This document shows, piece after piece, positions 1 through 13,708 of a stretch of DNA of 64,000 bases; position 1 is the stretch's first letter, and every line of letters starts with the position of its first letter. The notes under the pieces are model-generated. The model searched no databases. It was not told the origin of the DNA and worked only from the letters and a program-made list of their open reading frames with translations. This DNA is from Enoplolaimus lenunculus (lineage: Eukaryota): contig JASANG010001107.1 of the NCBI GenBank assembly GCA_030248215.1, positions 558,001 through 622,000 of the forward strand, in the 5' to 3' direction. A program made the translations under genes and the position numbers.

Positions 1-2
1 AA

Positions 3-2484
3 CCGCAGCCTAATCTTGCTTTGGACGTATTATCAGTCAGTCGGGTTGTTTGTTTGGTAAGTTGAATTAAAGAAGAGCAGCATGATTTGCTAAAAGTATA
101 TTATGCTGTTGTTTGGATCTCGTTTCTAGTTGAGCGATAAATATCGACATATTTGGTGTTCCAGCAATACTCCAAATCATCTGACCAATGTATAAAACAG
201 GCCATAACAGTAATAGAAGCATATTCCTAAGCCTAACCCTAAACCTAAGCCTAAGCCTAAGCATAGCAATAAGTTTATACCTAGGCCTAAGCCAAAGCCT
301 GTTCAAAAACAGATAGACTTAAATTTACTAGTAAAAGTGAAATGTGTATCAGTTTCCTCCTCATAAATTATCACATTTCGAAATTTACAATACAGGTTGA
401 CAACGCTGGGACCAAGACCGTTTACTTTACGACCCAGGGAGATTCATGGACGGAGTAAGATTTAATATATGCATCAAGTTGAAATTAATGGCATTCGTCA
501 AATAGTACAAGTATTTTTTCCAGGTTAATTTGATCATTGCGGCATTGTGCACAGGAGTAGCACCGAATTCATACGGCGCGGAAGCTTTTGTATTATTAAT
601 TGCAATATTTGGAATTGTGTCGCTAGTTTTGTTTGAAATATGGTACATTGCTGGCTCACCTGCTATATGGAACGGTTTGCCGTGTCATCTTGCGGTAAGT
701 GTAAATCTTGAATACCTTCAGAAGTTTGCCATTTTTTGCATGTGAGACAAATTTGTGGTTGTTGATCCCGGTGTAATTTCGAAAAATTGGGCTAAAATAG
801 ACTGTTAGTTTCACAGATATCGGTTGTGAACTGCGCTTAAATTATAACTTCCTGGTGGCTGAGATGAATTCTAGCAAAAATTTAAATATATTTTATGTAT
901 TTTGAATTTTATACCTTAGGATTTAACGTAGCTTACGCACTGCGGGATCGCTAAATTTTGGCGTGATTTTATTCGTTTAAAAATAAAACTGGCAGGTCAC
1001 AATCGCTTTTAAATGCTGTATATTTTGACTTTTACTGACCAAATAAGGTGAACTAAAATTGGATTGAATTAATTTTCATTTGACAGGAGTTTGGATTTGA
1101 CACACTATGGGCATTGTTAATGTTCATTTTGGGTTGCGTTGAAATTGCAGCCGCTCGCTGGGCAATTAACCGATGCCATTTAGCGCATTATGAACTTCTC
1201 GACGACTGTAATCGTAGTCATGATTCGTACGCTGCATGTTCGGTAAGTTAAAAAGTTGATAATGCATGTAAAAAAGGGTTTCACAACTAGGTTCATTTCG
1301 CATACAAACCGAATGTACCCAGTGCGCGTTGTGTTTTTGATCTACTAGACCACCCTCAATTTAACGGACGTAGCTGACCGATTTGTTCACTTTCATACAT
1401 TAGAGTATTTCCATTGTAGGATGCGCCGTTGGGGTATGCAAACTATGCAACAAGTGATGGTTCATTTTGTCCCTTGCATTTTTCGATAAGTTGCAAACTC
1501 TTATCTTGTGCCACCAACGACTTTTGTTAAGATGCATTAATTATAACGCGCTAATTGTTAATGTTGGTGTCAACCTGCGTAACTAACTTAGGACACCGAG
1601 GAAATTAACGACAACGAAAGTTTGCATCAAAACATTTTTAAAGTGGTTCTTTAACACTTTTCCAACTAATCGCTCAAGGGTAATGGTTACGCAGGTATAA
1701 AAAAATTCTTAGGCTTAGGTAAACCTTTTTTTACACCTAGCAGTTTGGTAATTTTTAAATGTCAATTATTCTACTTGATAGTCAAGAAATCTCTATTTTT
1801 GCACCAGCGGTGGAACCAGCAGCTAATTTTGAGAGCGTATAGCATTTATATAAGTTTTTCATTTACGTGAATGTAAAAGTATACATTCTTTTTAGAGGCC
1901 TGCCTCTTTTAATACCCACTTTGTTAGTACAGTGTTTGATGTACCTGCAGATTGTTTAAAAACCACGACGGAAAAAATGTGTTTTTATTTTGCTTCGAAT
2001 TCTCTAAATTTTAAACAATGTGTGACTACTGTCCCGCATCCATTGTTTAGGCTAAAGGACAAGGTATACTGATCAAGCGCACTCCTTGCACTGTATCTAA
2101 TTTCAAGCTACAGTACTGTTTTCATAGTCGAATTGAGGATACTGCACAATTTTTTACGTCCGAGTAGACATTACAACGTGGTTGATACATAAGTCCGTAA
2201 AATTACCTTTGTATTGGCTCAATAGAAGTTTGCGTTTTGTATATGTCCGTTTCAGGGTTAGTTTGCATACAAGAAATTAAAATTTTGGTGCATTTACGAA
2301 TTATATAAAACCTTCTTGAAGTCAAACCTAAGTTTGTTTTTGTTTGTTTCAGTTTTTTTCATATCTTGGAAGTATTTTTCACGGAATGTTGGCGGCATTC
2401 ATATGGCGATATTCAATACTACGAGTGCGTCCACCGTCGTTCTATGCCGTGCTAAAAAATGCTAACAAATCTACCGTGGCTTAA
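3..2484 (+). CDS. MARVEL-domain (CMTM/MAL-like) 4-TM protein, 5'-truncated; exons <3-56, 524-694, 1087-1242, 2353-2484
   Basis: Four segments bounded by GTAAGT donors and AG acceptors join in phase 0: PQPNLALDVLSVSRVVCL|VNLIIAALC...AFVLLIAIFGIVSLVLFEIWYI...HLA|EFGFDTLWALLMFILGCVEIAAA...SYAACS|FFSYLGSIFHGMLAAFIWRY...STVA*. Four hydrophobic helices with MARVEL-like spacing (E starting TM3, 'yAAcsFFsYL' in TM4). Family call is by pattern recognition. Confidence 0.75.
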
Positions 2485-5405
2485 ACATTGAGCAGCATGT
2501 GAATTGAAGATACTCAACTAAAATTAGCAAGCGAATGACTGCAGCCAATGGGAAGCATTAAAAACAGACAGTGACATAGCGAAGATTTTCTGAAAGGAAC
2601 ATATTACTGAATTTATGACAGACGCCATAAGATATACGTACAACAATTTATATACAGGATTCAAAATTCATCCAGTAAACAGCGGTGGTTCAAGAAATTT
2701 CTAATGCCGAGGTTACGCGATATGTAATAATGAAAAAGGTCGAGCGAAGCCAGCTTGAAACCCAAACGCAATTTAGTATTTAGCAAATTTTAACATACAC
2801 TTTTGGAGCAATTCCCGGTGTTTGAGATCAAGGCCTGGATAGACCTCCTTGGTTCCGCCAGTGCCTGTAAATAAAATTTTTTGTTATCTGCAATGAAGGT
2901 GCCATCCCTCAAACTCCGTTTGCGCATACCACTCATAATGGACATATAGTTTGTATTGTCAAGGTTGAACTCGAAGTGTGCAAGAGACAATGGTTGCTTC
3001 GAGACTATTCTTCCGAAAAGCTTGTAAATTAGAGAAAATTGCGTTTTAGAAGATAATCAAAACCAAAGAGAAACAGAAAATGTGAAATGTTTGGTGCGTC
3101 CAGAACAACAAGAACCCTAAACACTGTGTCCTTTACATGCTCCATGCTCAACGTTTAACTTTTGTTCCACTGTAACTTAAATACTGCGTTTCAGCAGTTT
3201 TATGGTTGACATTTTTAAGGGCAGTTTACTAGTTTGGCACCCGCCAAAATAAAATTATCTTTTTAATATAATAGACCAGAATAAACGCTGATGTTAAGAG
3301 TAAACATTACAGTTACTGAACTGTCCAAAAATTAACATATAAAACGAATTTTGTAAAATCTAATGGTTTTTATACATCATGTATAAGAATGATAATTTTA
3401 TTGCAGTTCCATATCTTTGTGATAGAAGTAAGACTTGCTTGCAACTAAAAATTTGTTGAAGGTGTTGGACTTGTAGAATATTAAAGACGGCCTGTCAAAG
3501 GTTAAGTTTCGTACCTTGCATGTTCATTATTAGCAAAGGCGAAAATAATAACTTTAATTTTGAGCCCACTCGTTATATAGGTCTAAACTTTAGCGTGAAA
3601 ATAAGTCAAAACTAAGTCTAAACGGAATAAAATATCCTTAATCCTAAGCTACACGTCTATTTTATAGTATCTTGGAAAAACTGGATGCCCGACAGTAAAA
3701 GTAAGATGGGCCAAACAAATATTGCAACTGACCGCAACCTTTAGATAAACACAGAATAACGGAATGGAATAGGGCGTTGTTAAAGCGTTAAGTTTTGTTC
3801 CGGAAACACTTTGTATATCAGGCGACGGAAGGAAGAATTGTGAGTTACGTCCTGATATTTGAATGCCGGTTAGTATTAAATTGGACTAAATACTTACATA
3901 GACTGGCATGCATACGCACGAATATATTTCAATTTATGCTTTATTTTTGTTTTGAATTTTAGTTATTTGTGGAAATAAATAATTGACAATGTATGTACTC
4001 GTAATATTTTTTTCAGTGATAGGCAATTAATTCACCAAATAATCAAAATTAGTGCGCTCAAACATTCATTCAAACAGTAATATGGTAAACTATACCAGAA
4101 TACAAGCTGTAACGGAATATGACATTAAATAAAGGTACGAATTAACTATACGGCTCCGGCTCCGGTCGGATATTGGATTATCCGGATCCGTCAGTTTTTG
4201 GTATCCGGTTACACCCGAGCAACTCCTGCACGATGCTGCTATATAATAGAATAAGCCGGCCGCAAGGTTTATATCACTAACTTGAGCCTTCACGCTCTGA
4301 TAATTCAACCAGACTGGCCATTTCGCCGCCGATGCTTTAAGACTGGGCAGATATACAAGGGTTGATAGACCACACAAATATTGCTGTCTCATCCGATGGC
4401 TAATTAGCTAATTTACGCAATTGTTCGTTTATGCTGTTGCAGTTATACTTGTTTACAATTGTGCTTAAAGCAACTTTTAGGCTTGTTATATTCAGTTAAA
4501 TTGTTGCGCTTAATACTAAGGCTACATGCTCGCGGACACCAGAGGTGTACGCAAGTTAAGTGATAAGGGGATATATCGCTTCTCAAATTTTTTGTAAAGA
4601 CAAAAAAGTTTTTAAACATACTTCTGAATAACCTTCTGAATCTTAGAGGTTGAAAAATTCTCTTATACATTACGTTATATCCGCTCGTAGTGAAATCCTG
4701 GCTTGGCGGCCAGTCCAGTACCGGAAGGGCAAAGTTTTTCAGGTGGGGCATTCGGAGATTTCACTATATTTACAAGCGAGCTTAGAATGATATTGTTAGG
4801 AAAATTTTTTGCTATGGTGGCGGAGGACAACCTGACCTTCCACACGCTACGGGCCTATATAGTTATGATAAAGGAAGCCACATGTTTGTTTGTTTGTTTT
4901 GCGTACCAGCTCTAGAATAACGATTATATCTTCATGAAACTATATTAGAGAATAAATACATTTGATGCTAAATTATTCGTTATTGCACGAGCTCAAGTAA
5001 GATAAGTATATACTTACGGAGATATAGATATTTCTACAGGTAGCTTGCCGTAAATCACAAAAAAGTTTTGACGTTTAAGTGCTACTTGTTTTGTAGAAGT
5101 GAGCTAAACGTAAAAACAGCCTAAACATTTGCTTACACTTTATAAATTAGGGCTTCAGAAAAGTTATGTTAAAAAACTAATAATTCTTGTTACTAGAAGA
5201 TTTCTAAGTGCAGTAAGGCGAAGCTGCTAACCCCAAAACAGAGAGGCGTGGGCTACGAGTTCAAACTCAATACTTTAGTTTTGATCGATTTCTAGGCAGT
5301 CAGCGACAGTATTAGTTTTAGGTGTGTAGACACCCCGGGCACTCTTTGTTTTCACGGGCTTTCAAGAGATACGCCCAAGAACTTCAACAGAATTTGTACC
5401 CTAAT

Positions 5406-5895
5406 AGGTCATCCACGTTAAAATTCACGCACATTTGTAAAAAATGTCCCTCCCTTTTTGGTGCCCGTGTTGTCCCTACCCACTCTCTTTATACACTGTC
5501 GGAGATGTCAATATGTCATTGTCTGAACCTTTAGACAATGAATATGCTCTAAACATAAATATGTTCTTGTCCTGACATCATTATCGGGAACTGTTATTGT
5601 CCATAGTCCCTCGGAAGGGACTCAATTTTTTGCGTTGAATGATGTGTGTGAATATATGTGGACAGCGTGTGTTTTTAAATGTGTGCATGTGCACTAACGT
5701 AATGTCCTGACATCTTACAGACAACAAGTATTTATCCAGAGTCCCTTCCGACAGAGTCTAGACAATTAACACTATATAAGTACAGCTATGAAACTGCACC
5801 TTGCCTCCAGCTGGTACGTGTGTTTTGCTGCTGTTCCTAATGGGGTGGGCGGAACATTTATTACATCGGCGCGTGCATTTTAACGTGGATGACCC
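5406..5895. mobile_element. Non-autonomous TIR element (~490 bp), possibly ISL2EU-like
   Basis: ~25-bp inverted termini (a/g)ggtcatccacgttaaaat(t/g)cacgc at 5406-5430 and 5871-5895, flanked by AT on both sides; further internal inverted blocks. Confidence 0.55.
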
Positions 5896-6276
5896 ATAAA
5901 AATACAACACATATTTTGCACTAAATCAAAAGAAACATCAGGTTTCATACTACTTTGAATTAGGAATTTTTGAAAGATGAAAACGCGATATAGTGCGGTA
6001 AAAAAGCTTGTAAGTGAAGTGAAGCCAAAGCCAAATACTCAGGTATCTGGTGAAGCATAACGCTACAAAGCAAGCTTATTCACCAATTAGCCTATGAACA
6101 ACACGCCTAAACGTTAGCATTGATGAACGGTTTGTGAACAATTTCAGACACAGTATTCTGGTATTTCCACAATTTTGAAAAATTGCAGGTTTCCTCTACA
6201 TGCTACATACTTTTGCATCCCTGAGCACTTTAAAATATAAAGTACATTTAAGAATGCGACTTATCGTGATCGAAAC

Positions 6277-6478
6277 CAGGGTTGTTGTCCGGAAAAAAAT
6301 GACCGGAAAAAATGTTTTTTTTTTCAATTTCAAAATCCAAGTATTTTTGGGCAAATGCCGGCTAAGGGTGTGATAATCGATCACTCAAACAAGGAATGAA
6401 TTTTTTCCATTTTTTCCGGAAAGAAATGAAAAAAATTCATTTTTTCCGGTCATAATTTTTTCCAGCAAAGCAACCCTT
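6277..6478. mobile_element. hAT-like MITE
   Basis: Termini cagggttg...caaccctt with subterminal inverted gaccggaaaaa blocks; perfect 8-bp TSD atcgaaac at 6269-6276 and 6479-6486. Confidence 0.8.
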
Positions 6479-8099
6479 ATCGAAACATACGGCCAGACGG
6501 GCGGGTTAGTGGTTAATTTCCTTCCCTATTTGCAATTTCTGTCGTGTTGTATTGTGTTAACGTAGTCCGGTGTCAACGTGAGAAATCAACTTCGAAATTT
6601 TGGTACCTAATAACTTAGATTTTATAAATCGTTTTTAGTGATCTCCGGCATTTTTTTATTCATAGAGTAGTTAGGCTTAGGCTTAGGTATACGCTCATTC
6701 TTACGATTAGGCTTAGGCTTAGTAATATGTTTATATTACCGTTACGGCCGCGTTCAATACATTGGCCAAGATTTCTTTTAAATATGTCTCCTGAAAATTT
6801 CCTCTCTAATATGCTGGACTTGCAATTGGCCTGTCACTAAAGTGAGCTAAATAAGTAAAATGCAATAGTCCATGATCTGGTTTAATATTCCTGTCAACCG
6901 AACAGACTTACCAGCATCTTGCATCGTTAGCAATTAACAATAATTACGCGCGCCGATCATGCGTTATACGTACCCGCTGAAACAGTGTTCGTTAGACCTA
7001 ATCAACCCAGTCAGTTATGCAGTTATTTGAAACCGTTTTCAATCTAGGCTGGCTTTGTTGTTTTAGACTGCTTATGTTTTACATTTGTTAAAACTATTAT
7101 TCAAAACTAGCTATTCAGCTGAACTTTTTGACACTAGCCATGCCCCCATATATTTGTTGGCTTAGTTTTAAAATGAGATTATAATTATAAAATGATGTTG
7201 TAATTCATGGGAAGGGTTCAAAAATAAAAAATAAGTGTTTGCTTATAATATTGCATATAAACGTAAATATAATCATACGCTTTATGCACCAGGTGTCACC
7301 CCTGCAGGCTATTGCAGCTTTATCATTTAAGCAAAACAACCACTTCCATACCCCCACATTTGAGGGTCGGGCGTCGGTATCCACCCGAAAGGGGGCCCCA
7401 CTCCAACAAAATTTCAAAATATTCATTTGAAAAATATTTTGAACAACGCAAGAGGACCTCACCCCCGGAATTTTGGGAGGTCCTCACCCTAGCCTGCTCC
7501 GGCACTAGGTACTGACCAAATGCAAATTACGAATCGTATCGTCTAGTAGACAGGAGTTTAAATTCTTCAACCTAATATTCGTATTTTCACCAAGCCGGCC
7601 ATTTTTCATATTCCTCTGTACAGGTCAACAGAGACTACTGGCCCATAACAGATGGCTGCTAAATTTTTGCCTCTTTTGAAGTTAAGCCCTGATTATAAGT
7701 CGAGTTCAATTTTCGCATGTTCCTCCTGACATATTTAAAGTCTTTGCAACAGGTTGAGCTCGCTCCGATGACTGCGTTTAGACAACTGCTTAACGCTGAT
7801 TACTAAATGAGCAAACGTAAAATCGAAACTATAATCCACCAGAAACCTGTCTGTTTACCCGGAAGCAGCCAAATGATCGGCAAGTTAAATGATCCTTGCT
7901 TATAAACCAGGCTCATATCCAGCAAGGGAATTAAATTTAATTGCTTCTCTCACAATGATCGAGAATAATGGAAATACATCAGAGGTCGGTGAGTTCATTA
8001 CGAAAACTAAATACTTAGTTTAGTATGTACTCATTTCACTTGATGTGAACAAAATATTGACGATATTCTGACAAATATGCATAGGATAGTTAATCTTAT

Positions 8100-8362
8100 C
8101 CCTTTCTCACATGAATATTTTCTATTTCCCCTGAGACCTACTTTTATGCTAGGATTCGAACTGCACTGACTGGAGTGGGAGGCGTATACCATCACCACTC
8201 AGCTATAGGAGCTTGACGCTAGAGCCCGATGGGGCTCTCACGTCTTGTGGTGATTTAATACTATGTATACGTGTTGCAATCGTTAAACACGGTACAATAT
8301 ATACTATTTAACGTGTATACACTGCGCTGAGTTGCCTATAAGCAACTCAATGTGAGAAGGGG
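8100..8362. mobile_element. piggyBac-like MITE containing a tRNA-derived segment
   Basis: TIRs ccctttctcacat / atgtgagaagggg, flanks ttat / ttaa; the same end occurs inverted at 63921. Confidence 0.65.
8140..8212 (-). pseudogene. tRNA-derived (Gly-CCC-like) SINE head or tRNA pseudogene
   Basis: Minus strand gctcctaTAGCTGAGTGGtgatggtatacgcctcccactccagtcagtgcaGTTCGAATCCtagc: Pol III A and B boxes and a Gly-like anticodon-arm sequence (cgcctcccac), but poor stem pairing. Confidence 0.55.
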
Positions 8363-9041
8363 TTAATGGCATCTTTACGAGAAGACCTATTCATGAAATA
8401 TTTTAATCTAATATAAAGCGCATTTGCACATGCAATTTTTGCAGCGAGCACTTGTAGCTACAAGTTGCTGTTGCATGTTTATGAAAAGGTTTCAATCGTA
8501 ATTTGCGCGCGCAAGTTGCAGCGAACATTCTCATTGCAAAAATTTGCACGCGTGAATAGCGTTTATGGTACAAATCCTAGGAGCCAATCTATTTTGGTGT
8601 CAAAGCCGGTTGAACTTTTCCCACAACCAGACTTTATGACCTCCACAACCGGTCCAGCAATCAACTTTACTGAACAATAAGATAAGGCCAAAATTACTAT
8701 TCTGTCCAATTTTGAAACAGTCAGCTGCTATTTTATGGTAATTGTATAATATTTGCTTTGGATTAGCCATTTTAGTGTTACCACATACTGCCCAATATAG
8801 TATGTTTATAAATCCTGCACTTACCCTGCCAATAGCCTGCATATTGCTACGGTTAAATTTCAATTAAGCTTCTATCAAAACTAAGAATTAATGCTTTTTA
8901 ATTATCATTTATGGGCGCCGGCAGAATACTGGGTACGGGTGCGTGCAAGCGGAATCGAGCGAAGAAAACATATGATACAGTCTAGTCAAAGTTGTTAATT
9001 TTCTACTGTATATGCCTAACTTTATATATAATTGCTCTTTA

Positions 9042-9320
9042 AGCCCTATTCACACGTGCAAGTTTTTGCTGCATGAACTTGCAGCTGCAAATTGCACGCA
9101 GAACTTGCATTTCTTCATCAGCCAATGAGAAAGCGGCTGCAATAAATTCAGTAAACTTGCATGATTATTCACACATGTGAACTAAATTCCCAGCTATGGT
9201 TTTTAATGAATTGTTTGCAGCTGCAAGTTTTTCGAACGGGATTTGGACAAAAAACTAGCATGTGCAAACTGGAGTTGCAAGTTCTCACAGCGAAAACCTG
9301 CACGTAATATGAATATGGCA
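9042..9320. mobile_element. PIF/Harbinger-like MITE, shorter relative of 30808-31564 (another degenerate copy ~8416-8563)
   Basis: Left TIR agccctattcacacgtgcaagtttttgc identical to that at 30808; degenerate right TIR; tta flanks. Confidence 0.7.
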
Positions 9321-12300
9321 TTAGGAAGCTCAGGGTTGTGCAACTGCACTTGCAACTATTAACTGCTTAAGACGTATTTATGTTTGATTCTTGCGACGTA
9401 TTTTGTAGCCGAATTGCTATGTTAAAGCTATCGTACGCCGGTTCAGTTAAAGGTAGGTTGATTTTAAATTTAACTCTCTACTATATTCGTTTGACGTTTA
9501 TTGCTCACTTGAGAGCTAAAATCGTCAGCAATATCCGTTGCTAAAATTGCACCAATAAACACTTGAGTTCGAGCATCAATTAACGGTCACGCAAGCGCTT
9601 CTCAAGCATTGAAAAATGAACCATGGACAAGAATATTACATTGAAAACGGCTTAAATAAGTGTTAATTTGATGTGGACGCAGTATGGAACAATAATCGGA
9701 ATGGCAAAGGCTGCTCGCTTTTCTTTAAAGCTTTAATACGATACTTTACCAAAATATGGCAGTTGATCACTGATTGGGTTAACATTATGCACTGAACATT
9801 TTTATATTTGGCAACACTTGTACGCTCTACTTACGCTCGCTATATTAAGCTTAAATAAGATAAGGTCTAATCGTAAACCTGAGTTATGCTAAAATATAAA
9901 TATTTTGAAAACTCTGATGGAATGCGTGCAAGAGTCAATTCGATTTCATGCTAATCTAGAGCGAACATTGAACGTCGTATGCTTAAGATTCTCGGATAAA
10001 CAGATTTAGAATCTAACCTGAAAATTTCTATAATCAAAAATGGCAAACAAACTTGAGATTCATCTTGTTACAGGTACTAGGAATGAAAACAGCTTTCCAG
10101 CCCGGAATTGCCAATTAATGGAGAGGACAGGCATAATTATACAAGAGAAAATTTTTTTATCATCATCACTTTTAATAATTTCGATAAAATTTCAAACGGG
10201 ATATATGAAGGTGTCCGTGGTTATGGCAGTGGTCGGAAACCCTCATGTTTTTATACAGAAAGCTGCACACTATCAAACTTGCTATCAGAGCCCTTTAGGA
10301 AAAATTTGAACATAATGAATATTTTCTTGCGAAAAGTATAATTAATATTTGTTTTTATCACGAAACTCTTGCAATAATATTTTACGCAGTTTCAAAGTCG
10401 GCTCTTCTTGTTATATAAACCTGTAAAATGCCTACACCTTGTGTAACTGCGAATATTATATATCTTTGTCTATAATCAGTTAGTACGTGTTTTTTGAAAG
10501 ATATGTTAACCACGAAGGCTTTTAGCCGCCTTGGCTTGACGCGTTAAAGATTTATTGCTGTACAGGCAGGCAGGCCGGAATAAGTGTACCCTCAACGCCC
10601 CTTGAAAAAATGTCACGTAATTCTAAAACTGGTTAGTTAAATCCAGCTTTCTGAGAGACTTTAAATAATTCGACCCCATATCTCAAGAATCAAAAACTTA
10701 TTTTCAGAATGGTTTCAAACAGTGTTGTGTCCACGGGCGCCGGCCGAAAATTATATTTGGGGGTGGGTGTACCGAATAATTATTGAATGGTCCCAACCAT
10801 TGAAATTCAAGATTGTTTACTTTTAGACAAAGTCTATTTTAGGGCATCTGTCAAATTTGGGGGCACACCCCAATACTTTCCTCGCGGGGCGCCTTTGGTT
10901 GTGCCAAGTGTGTCGTGAGGGTCTCTCCCAACGTCAATTTGAGGAGGCCGTCATAATCAAGAAATCTTTAAATTATCTCCGGCTGAATACATCGTTTTAA
11001 TACTCTTGCGGACGCTATCAGTTGAAAAGACACCTAATTCAAGCGTTAAATGTCAAATTAATATTCTTTGGCAAAATTACTTGCTTATTTTGGAACTTTT
11101 GTGAGTGAACTCTTGAATGGGATGAGGTTCAGCTCGTCCCAGATGGGGGTATAAGGGACACTAAGCTTTTTGCCAAAACCACGCATCCTATCCTAAATGT
11201 AGGTACGCATAAAACCGCTGTGTACCTTCATCGTTCAACATTATACACTGACTGTCGTCTGTCGTTTAATTTTAATGAGCAAAAGGAGGCAGCTGAACCT
11301 TTATATACGTATCACCTAGACATAATTAGCGTTGATATAGATCACCTTACACTTTTAGTCCACGTATCTGCTTTTCAGGTCAGCAGACATATTTAATATT
11401 TCCCGTTTGACAACTGCAGTTGCATAAAATGCAAAGTATAACTTTTATACAATTTCAATGGAACCACAATTTTTGAATAGTAATACAGGTTTTGCGTCAT
11501 ACAGACATCTTCGTTCTACGACAAAAGTTGCACTTGAATGAAAGGTGTGGTTAGGATTACAACGGATCGCGTATCTTACTACCGTTGAGCCTTATGTTAC
11601 CCATTAACGGGCTATTGTACAGTTGCCTTCACATTTAAAGTAAAGGTTTAGGCTTATAGGAAAAGCCATAGGCTTACGCTTAAACATAGCTAAGTCTTGT
11701 CCTAAACCTAAGCTTAAGCGTCAGCCTTGGCCGAAATGTGAAAGAAAAGTATGCAAAAGCCCATTCTATTTAGGTTTGAAGCTAAGTTTTGATAACAAAA
11801 GCACAAATTGAGTTGTGAGTTATCCCATTACAGTACGTTTGGTTGCTTAAATGTTTCATCGTACGAGAGTGTATACGAAGGGGGTTGAGAATATTTTCCC
11901 TCTGTCGCTTTTGCAACTTTTGGAAAAAACCTGCTAATCTTAGAAATAAAACTTTTTTACTCGGTAATCTCGCTCGCAATAAACTTTTACATAAAGGAGG
12001 TCAGATTCCAAATGCGGCGTAATTGGGTGGCTGCTTCGGCTGTGGGATCGACAACGATTGCGTTGAGTAATAACGCGCCTGCTGTCAGGTATAATACTAA
12101 TTGTCTATCTAAGATATTCAGTTTACTATTCTGCGAAATATTTCAATATATTTGTCGTTGTTTATGAAGTATGAAAGGACCTAATTGATACTGATCATTT
12201 CCGCCGCATTCCACATCTCTTAATGCCCTCAATTCATGGTGCTGCCGCGAACCGTCTACAGCCACCTTTCAGACATGGATATCCGGAATTTGCTAGAAGT

Positions 12301-13634
12301 TGTATCCCGTTGGGTGAAGTTTACGCGACATATTGTTCCAAGATCAAAAGTATCGTGGTTACATATAAATTAGGTCCCACGCTAGTTGACACTTGTGTTT
12401 AGTTTGATTTAATCCATGCTGCTAAATATTAGTTTGGAACATTTTATTCTTTCAAGCGAATTATAACAATTTTTAATCCTATAACCATGCAACAGGTAAA
12501 CTTTTGTCATGACAAAAGGTTTTAGTTTGCGCCGTACGAACGGCGTTCAATAAGGCTTATATTTTACTCTATGATATGATTTTCTTACGAGTTTGCCATT
12601 GCGTTTCTATTCGTATCAGTTACTTCCTTGGTGATCGGTTTCATAAGTTTCAAACGAAAAACGGTTACCATATACGGTACTTTTGCTTTTCCATGCTATT
12701 GCGCATTGGTTTGTTTTTCATATTTGAAGCATAGTTGAAACTTGTTCAAACTAAGTATACTCAGTTATTACAATGCTAACTGGCTTTTTACCATCTACAA
12801 CAGTAGCGAACCTAGAAACTTCTGACAACAGGATCGCGCAATATATATAACAGATAAAAACATCAATAGCGAAGCAAGCGAAAATCTAACACCAACCGAA
12901 CGTAAACGTTTAGATTTTGCAAAACTTTTTGAACGTAACCGTTGATGCGAATTGCATTTGTCCTCACGCAGCCTCGTTTACAATTTGACAGTTTTTACCA
13001 TCTGCTAATTTTTTTGTTCATTGAATGACCAGCTGTAATATCGGATGCATACAAAACGGTTCGCTGCGTTTTTTCAGCAAAATTAAAATTTAATGGAAAA
13101 AAGTCCGTTTGAATTCCTTTGTGAAAGTTAACGCAAGTTTAATTATGAAGTTTTTGAAATAAGAGTATTGTCCTTTGTTTTACTAACATTTAAATAATAG
13201 CATTTTAACTGAACGAATACGAAAAATTTTTATTTTTCATTTCTCAGTGTCCTGTTGCATGTACGTTTTAACACATTATACGACACTAGTGATACTCACT
13301 CTGTCTATAATTCACTAATGGCAATGCAAACAAAAATAGGAAATGAAAGTGCATTGTGAAATTTACAACGCTACGTGCTTTTGGGGGCGGGACAGGGGCG
13401 TTGCCCACCCCTTCGGACATCTCCAGCTTTCCAGGCCTAAAACTTTTAATAGAGCATCCAAAGAATTCTGAGTAAGAACATTTTCTCAAACCAATGTTAA
13501 ATTTTCATGTTTTCCTACTAACAATTCCCGGTTGCGGGTCTAGAAATTTAGTTTAGAAAACATAGAATTGCTCAAAAAAACTATTATTAGTAGATTTTAC
13601 TGTATTACGCTATGGATGAGGAATAGAAAACTAC

Positions 13635-13708
13635 CTTGTCAATTGGATAACCATAGCTAAGGTTAGTGCTGCGATGTTGTACAACGCGTTTCCTTTCGGT
13701 TTGAGCAT
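13635..13708 (-). CDS. Candidate first coding exon with signal-peptide-like sequence (gene unresolved)
   Basis: ATG at 13708, MLKPKGNALYNIAALTLAMVIQLT, then AAG|GTAGTT donor; CCAAT boxes upstream on the minus strand (13830, 13892). No downstream exon could be joined. Confidence 0.25.

Noticed and set aside
67..306. Short LRLRLR / PKPKPK ORFs (also 17644, 25042, 37215)
   Set aside because: Translations of TTAGGC tracts in the MITE family.
8140..8212. Functional tRNA-Gly gene
   Set aside because: Acceptor and anticodon stems do not pair well; it lies inside a MITE.
12003..12030. Allatostatin-A-like PNYAAFGI on the minus strand
   Set aside because: Wrong spacing (AstA is Y/FxFGL/I), no amidation Gly or basic site, single copy.
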